From a virus: a DNA stretch of 52,035 nucleotides. The position numbers and the translations under genes were made by a program. The notes under the pieces are model-generated. The model saw nothing but the letters and a program-made list of their open reading frames with translations. It ran no database searches and was not told where the DNA came from. Location of the stretch: positions 1 through 52,035 of the IMG/VR virus record IMGVR_UViG_3300037297_000161; one strand, 5' to 3'. This document shows, piece by piece, positions 49,846 through 52,035 of this stretch (position 1 is its first letter; each line of letters opens with the position of its first letter).

Positions 49846-50205
49846 ATGCGGTGGCCGTGGATGATCGAAGGCGTTCGTAAAAGGTTAAAGATCTCAGAGA
49901 GATACAGGTCAACTTGGGGATGTAGACGTCAAGGCCTGTACAAAAAAGATTTTGCGATCCTGGGAGAGGCTGTGCTCATGTACGTGCTCAACCAGTCTTT
50001 CGATTCCGATACCTTGCATGCGGCAAGTCCGTTGGCGGCTGATATCTACCAACGCCTGCTTGCTGGGGAACAGGTACTCGAGCCCACGGCTATGGAGAAG
50101 GCTTTGGCAGAAGAACTCGAAGCCATCGGCGAAGCACAGCGACAGGCTCAGCATGAGAAGGTGCTCAGGATCTTCGGCGGACGCTCAGGCTCCGGAGGGC
50201 AATGA
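49846..50205 (+). CDS. hypothetical protein (regulator by position)
   Basis: 119 aa; very strong SD AAAGGAGGTGATC; sits alone between the early control region and cassette B. Confidence 0.6.
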   Translation: MRWPWMIEGVRKRLKISERYRSTWGCRRQGLYKKDFAILGEAVLMYVLNQSFDSDTLHAASPLAADIYQRLLAGEQVLEPTAMEKALAEELEAIGEAQRQAQHEKVLRIFGGRSGSGGQ

Positions 50206-50224
50206 TCGGAACGCCCCATGGAAG

Positions 50225-50253
50225 TTGAGAATGATTATCATAATCATTCTCAA
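50225..50253. promoter_or_regulatory. 29-bp perfect palindrome TTGAGAATGATTAT-C-ATAATCATTCTCAA
   Basis: 20 nt after the stop of the 49846 gene and 20 nt before cassette B; no clean U-run follows. Confidence 0.5.
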
Positions 50254-50273
50254 GATTGAATATTTCAGGAACG

Positions 50274-50455
50274 ATTTCAAGTAGATCGGGCAAAACCTGC
50301 AATATTTGCGATGACGCGGCGCGAACCTGTTGATTTCATTACAGGTCTGCAAACTTTGCAGAGTGATCCGTGCAGAACTTGCGAGGCGATCTTCTTAACT
50401 AGCTGGAATCGTTACAGATTGAGTTGGCACAGCTTGTGCTATGGTATAGGGTATG
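50274..50455 (+). promoter_or_regulatory. Regulatory cassette B: three TGCAA-N3-TTGC dyads plus TTGGCACAGCTTGTGCT (-24/-12-like, 50424-50440)
   Basis: Aligns with the reverse complement of 31722-31914 down to the shared ATGAAC start codon. Confidence 0.6.
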
Positions 50456-50857
50456 AACAACACAACAAGACAGATTGACTGGACGACGGCGGACGGTGCC
50501 ACGGTAACAGTCACGATCAAGATCGTCACCTCGGAGACCATCAAGGCTGACGGGCAGTGCATGGTGGTTGACACATGCAAGTGGTCTGAGACCGTCCGCC
50601 GCGATGGCAACTACATGGGCAGCGATATCCAGCGCATGTCCCCGGCGCAGGTCGGGTTGATCGTGTGCACAGGACACTGCGGTCGACAGCCCATACCGGC
50701 CGATGTCATGGATCAGATCGATATCTACCGCGCCGAGCTCCGGGCCACTGCGCTCTGGACGGATCATGTGGCCAAGATCAATCAGCATCACTGCAAATGC
50801 GATGAGTACGACGCGTCCATCAGCCGCATCGTCAAGATCAACAGTGGCACCTACTAG
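50453..50857 (+). CDS. hypothetical protein, first gene behind cassette B
   Basis: 134 aa; no real SD (consistent with a leaderless start); Cys/His-rich (CTGHCG, HHCKCDEY). Confidence 0.55.
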   Translation: MNNTTRQIDWTTADGATVTVTIKIVTSETIKADGQCMVVDTCKWSETVRRDGNYMGSDIQRMSPAQVGLIVCTGHCGRQPIPADVMDQIDIYRAELRATALWTDHVAKINQHHCKCDEYDASISRIVKINSGTY

Positions 50858-50873
50858 CCGCTTGGGGGCTTAC

Positions 50874-51086
50874 ATGACTCAGCCTGTTGACGCCTGTGTT
50901 CGTTTGATTCTCTTCCGCGTGACTTGCACGTGTTGCGGGGCTGAGTACACTGCCGCAGATTGGGCAGGCCTCAACGACATCGGGGTCCAAGAGGTCCCGG
51001 GCGTGGCGCTCGAGCTGCGCAACTGCCCCTGTGGCACCACGCTCTCATACCTGCTCGCGGACACCGGCTACGGGATGGTGCTGTGA
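50874..51086 (+). CDS. small zinc-ribbon protein
   Basis: Track ORF trimmed to ATG 50874; 70 aa; CTCC .. CPC. Confidence 0.5.
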   Translation: MTQPVDACVRLILFRVTCTCCGAEYTAADWAGLNDIGVQEVPGVALELRNCPCGTTLSYLLADTGYGMVL

Positions 51087-51286
51087 TGTACGTGCGACCT
51101 ATCCGGATGTACTTCGATGATTCCCGCGGTGAGCGCACAATGCTCGTGCATGTCTCGAAAAAATCTCGATGGCAACACACGGCCCAAGCCGTGACACGCT
51201 TGGCAAAGTGCCAACGCTGGGAGGTGGCTGGTCCGGGAATGACGTTGTTGCCAGGCGAATTTTACCCGACGTGGCTTGTGGATTGA
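51086..51286 (+). CDS. hypothetical protein
   Basis: Track ORF trimmed to ATG 51086 (TGATG overlap); 66 aa. Confidence 0.45.
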   Translation: MYVRPIRMYFDDSRGERTMLVHVSKKSRWQHTAQAVTRLAKCQRWEVAGPGMTLLPGEFYPTWLVD

Positions 51287-51328
51287 CAATCGTGCTCGAG
51301 TAGGGCACGCTGCTGGAAGAGGTGACAC

Positions 51329-51532
51329 ATGTGGCGACAGCGAATGAGATCTGCACGGTTCCGGGCCAAACGAAAAGGCCACTCGATCGAGGATATCCGG
51401 GACTACTACACAGCAGTTGAGAATCGGAAGGCGATCGCGCGAGGTCTGATGGACCCATCTGATATGCTGCGACATCAAGCGGTAGCATGGATGGGGTATG
51501 ATTTTGAATTACGAGTTCTGCGAGTGAAGTGA
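51329..51532 (+). CDS. hypothetical basic protein
   Basis: 67 aa. Confidence 0.45.
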   Translation: MWRQRMRSARFRAKRKGHSIEDIRDYYTAVENRKAIARGLMDPSDMLRHQAVAWMGYDFELRVLRVK

Positions 51533-51538
51533 GCATGC

Positions 51539-51796
51539 ATGACCCAATACTCTCCGATCGGCCAACGGATTCACGCCGCAGAGCACCACATCGCCCATCT
51601 GCATCGACAGCAACAGATCGAGGCCGAGTATTTGGCCTTGGCTCTACCGCCGACGAAATACGAGACGCTTACGATCGAGACGTGGAGATTACCTATCACT
51701 GGTACTGCCCCGAATTCTGTGGTGTCAGTATGTCACCCCCAGGACCTGATTGACCTCCTGTGGCGACGCGCCGTATCGGCGATCAAGTTTTGGTGA
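51539..51796 (+). CDS. hypothetical protein
   Basis: 85 aa; preferred over the overlapping 51529..51753 frame on amino-acid composition. Confidence 0.45.
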   Translation: MTQYSPIGQRIHAAEHHIAHLHRQQQIEAEYLALALPPTKYETLTIETWRLPITGTAPNSVVSVCHPQDLIDLLWRRAVSAIKFW

Positions 51797-51883
51797 CGTG
51801 TGAGAGGGTGCGACCGTAAGGGTCAATCGATCCGGTGATCAAAACCTCTTGACAGCCGGATTGATCTTTGGCAGGCTGAGCAA

Positions 51884-52035
51884 GTGAACACGAAGCGCCC
51901 GAACCTGAAAGAACGAGCGAAGCAAGCGACAGAGCAAGCGACAGAGCAAGCGACAGAGCAAGCGACAGAGCAAGCGACAGAGCAAGCGACAGAGCAAGCG
52001 ACAGAGCAAGCGACAGAGCAAGCGACAGAGCAAGC
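51884..52035 (+). CDS. N-terminal part of the wrap-around (ATEQ)n ORF (VNTKRPNLKERAKQ + ATEQ repeats)
   Basis: Frame open from 51839; the only plausible start is GTG 51884 with a weak SD (GCTGAG); same reading frame as 3..266 when the 112-nt terminal overlap is collapsed. Confidence 0.35.
   Translation, partial: MNTKRPNLKERAKQATEQATEQATEQATEQATEQATEQATEQATEQATEQ
51924..52035. repeat. Tandem array, 9 perfect 12-bp units plus 4 nt; identical to nt 1-112 (direct terminal repeat of the contig)
   Basis: Read directly. Confidence 0.97.

Noticed and set aside
51529-51753. 74-aa ORF overlapping 51539..51796
   Set aside because: It is Arg/Ser/Pro-rich and lies in a frame that overlaps a better-looking 85-aa ORF. 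Only one of the two can be real, and the evidence is compositional only.
51839-52033. Minus-strand ORF MLCRLLCRLLCRLL... (64 aa)
   Set aside because: It is simply the reverse reading of the 12-bp array. It has no SD, runs against the local gene direction and is truncated by the contig end.
1-52035. Prophage/lysogeny module (integrase, CI/Cro pair, att site), tRNA genes, transposases
   Set aside because: No ORF showed tyrosine or serine recombinase motifs and no tRNA-like sequence was seen in the intergenic regions I read. This is absence by eye only, not a proof that the phage is virulent.

Overview
This window is one complete genome of a tailed dsDNA phage with a contractile tail. It is about 51.9 kb once the terminal repeat is collapsed. 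It is moderately GC-rich, and its Shine-Dalgarno sequences of the GAGGTGA type indicate an SD-using host. The first and last 112 nt are identical because both contig ends lie inside a tandem array of the 12-bp unit AAGCGACAGAGC, so the genome is circular or terminally redundant. Layout: (1) The + strand late arm (0.27-29.3 kb) carries terS, terL, portal, a Mu-F-like protein, a scaffold/protease-like protein, a decoration-like protein, the major capsid and head-tail joining genes. It continues with sheath, tube, a chaperone pair with a -1 frameshift site, tape measure and baseplate genes (hub, spike, gp25-like, J, I-like). It ends with a fibre carrying a 7-blade Asp-box propeller, a block of signal-peptide proteins (one on the - strand), a lysis cassette and a 684-aa exported repeat protein. 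(2) The - strand early/replication arm (49.4 -> 31.9 kb) carries an RHH-like regulator, a primase-helicase, many small genes, a nucleoside deoxyribosyltransferase-like protein, an HTH-metallophosphoesterase and a Cas4-like nuclease. It also carries a MazG/MazZ-like pyrophosphohydrolase, a methyltransferase-like protein, an SF2 helicase, an SSB-like protein, a family A DNA polymerase and a RuvC-like resolvase. (3) A - strand operon of small genes runs 31.7 -> 29.2 kb. (4) A control region at 49.4-50.45 kb holds divergent sigma70-like promoters. (5) Small + strand genes at 50.45-51.8 kb run across the contig junction into the terminase. Genes are chained by ATGA/TGATG start-stop overlaps. I recognised no integrase, CI-like repressor, transposase, tRNA, rRNA or CRISPR array. 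Five observations rate highest. First, a ~185-bp regulatory cassette is present twice in inverted orientation (31722-31914 and 50274-50455). Each copy has three TGCAA-N3-TTGC dyads and a sigma54-type -24/-12 element placed so that the mRNA would be nearly leaderless. Second, a wrap-around ORF translates the 12-bp array as (ATEQ)n directly in front of terS. Third, one ORF contains three in-frame copies of the same SD-ATG unit. Fourth, there is a four-member family of small proteins ending in I-S/R-W. Fifth, the genome encodes an unusual number of exported proteins. All functional calls come from motifs, size and gene order read by eye. No database search or computation was run, and hand-counted coordinates of non-ORF elements may be off by a base or two.
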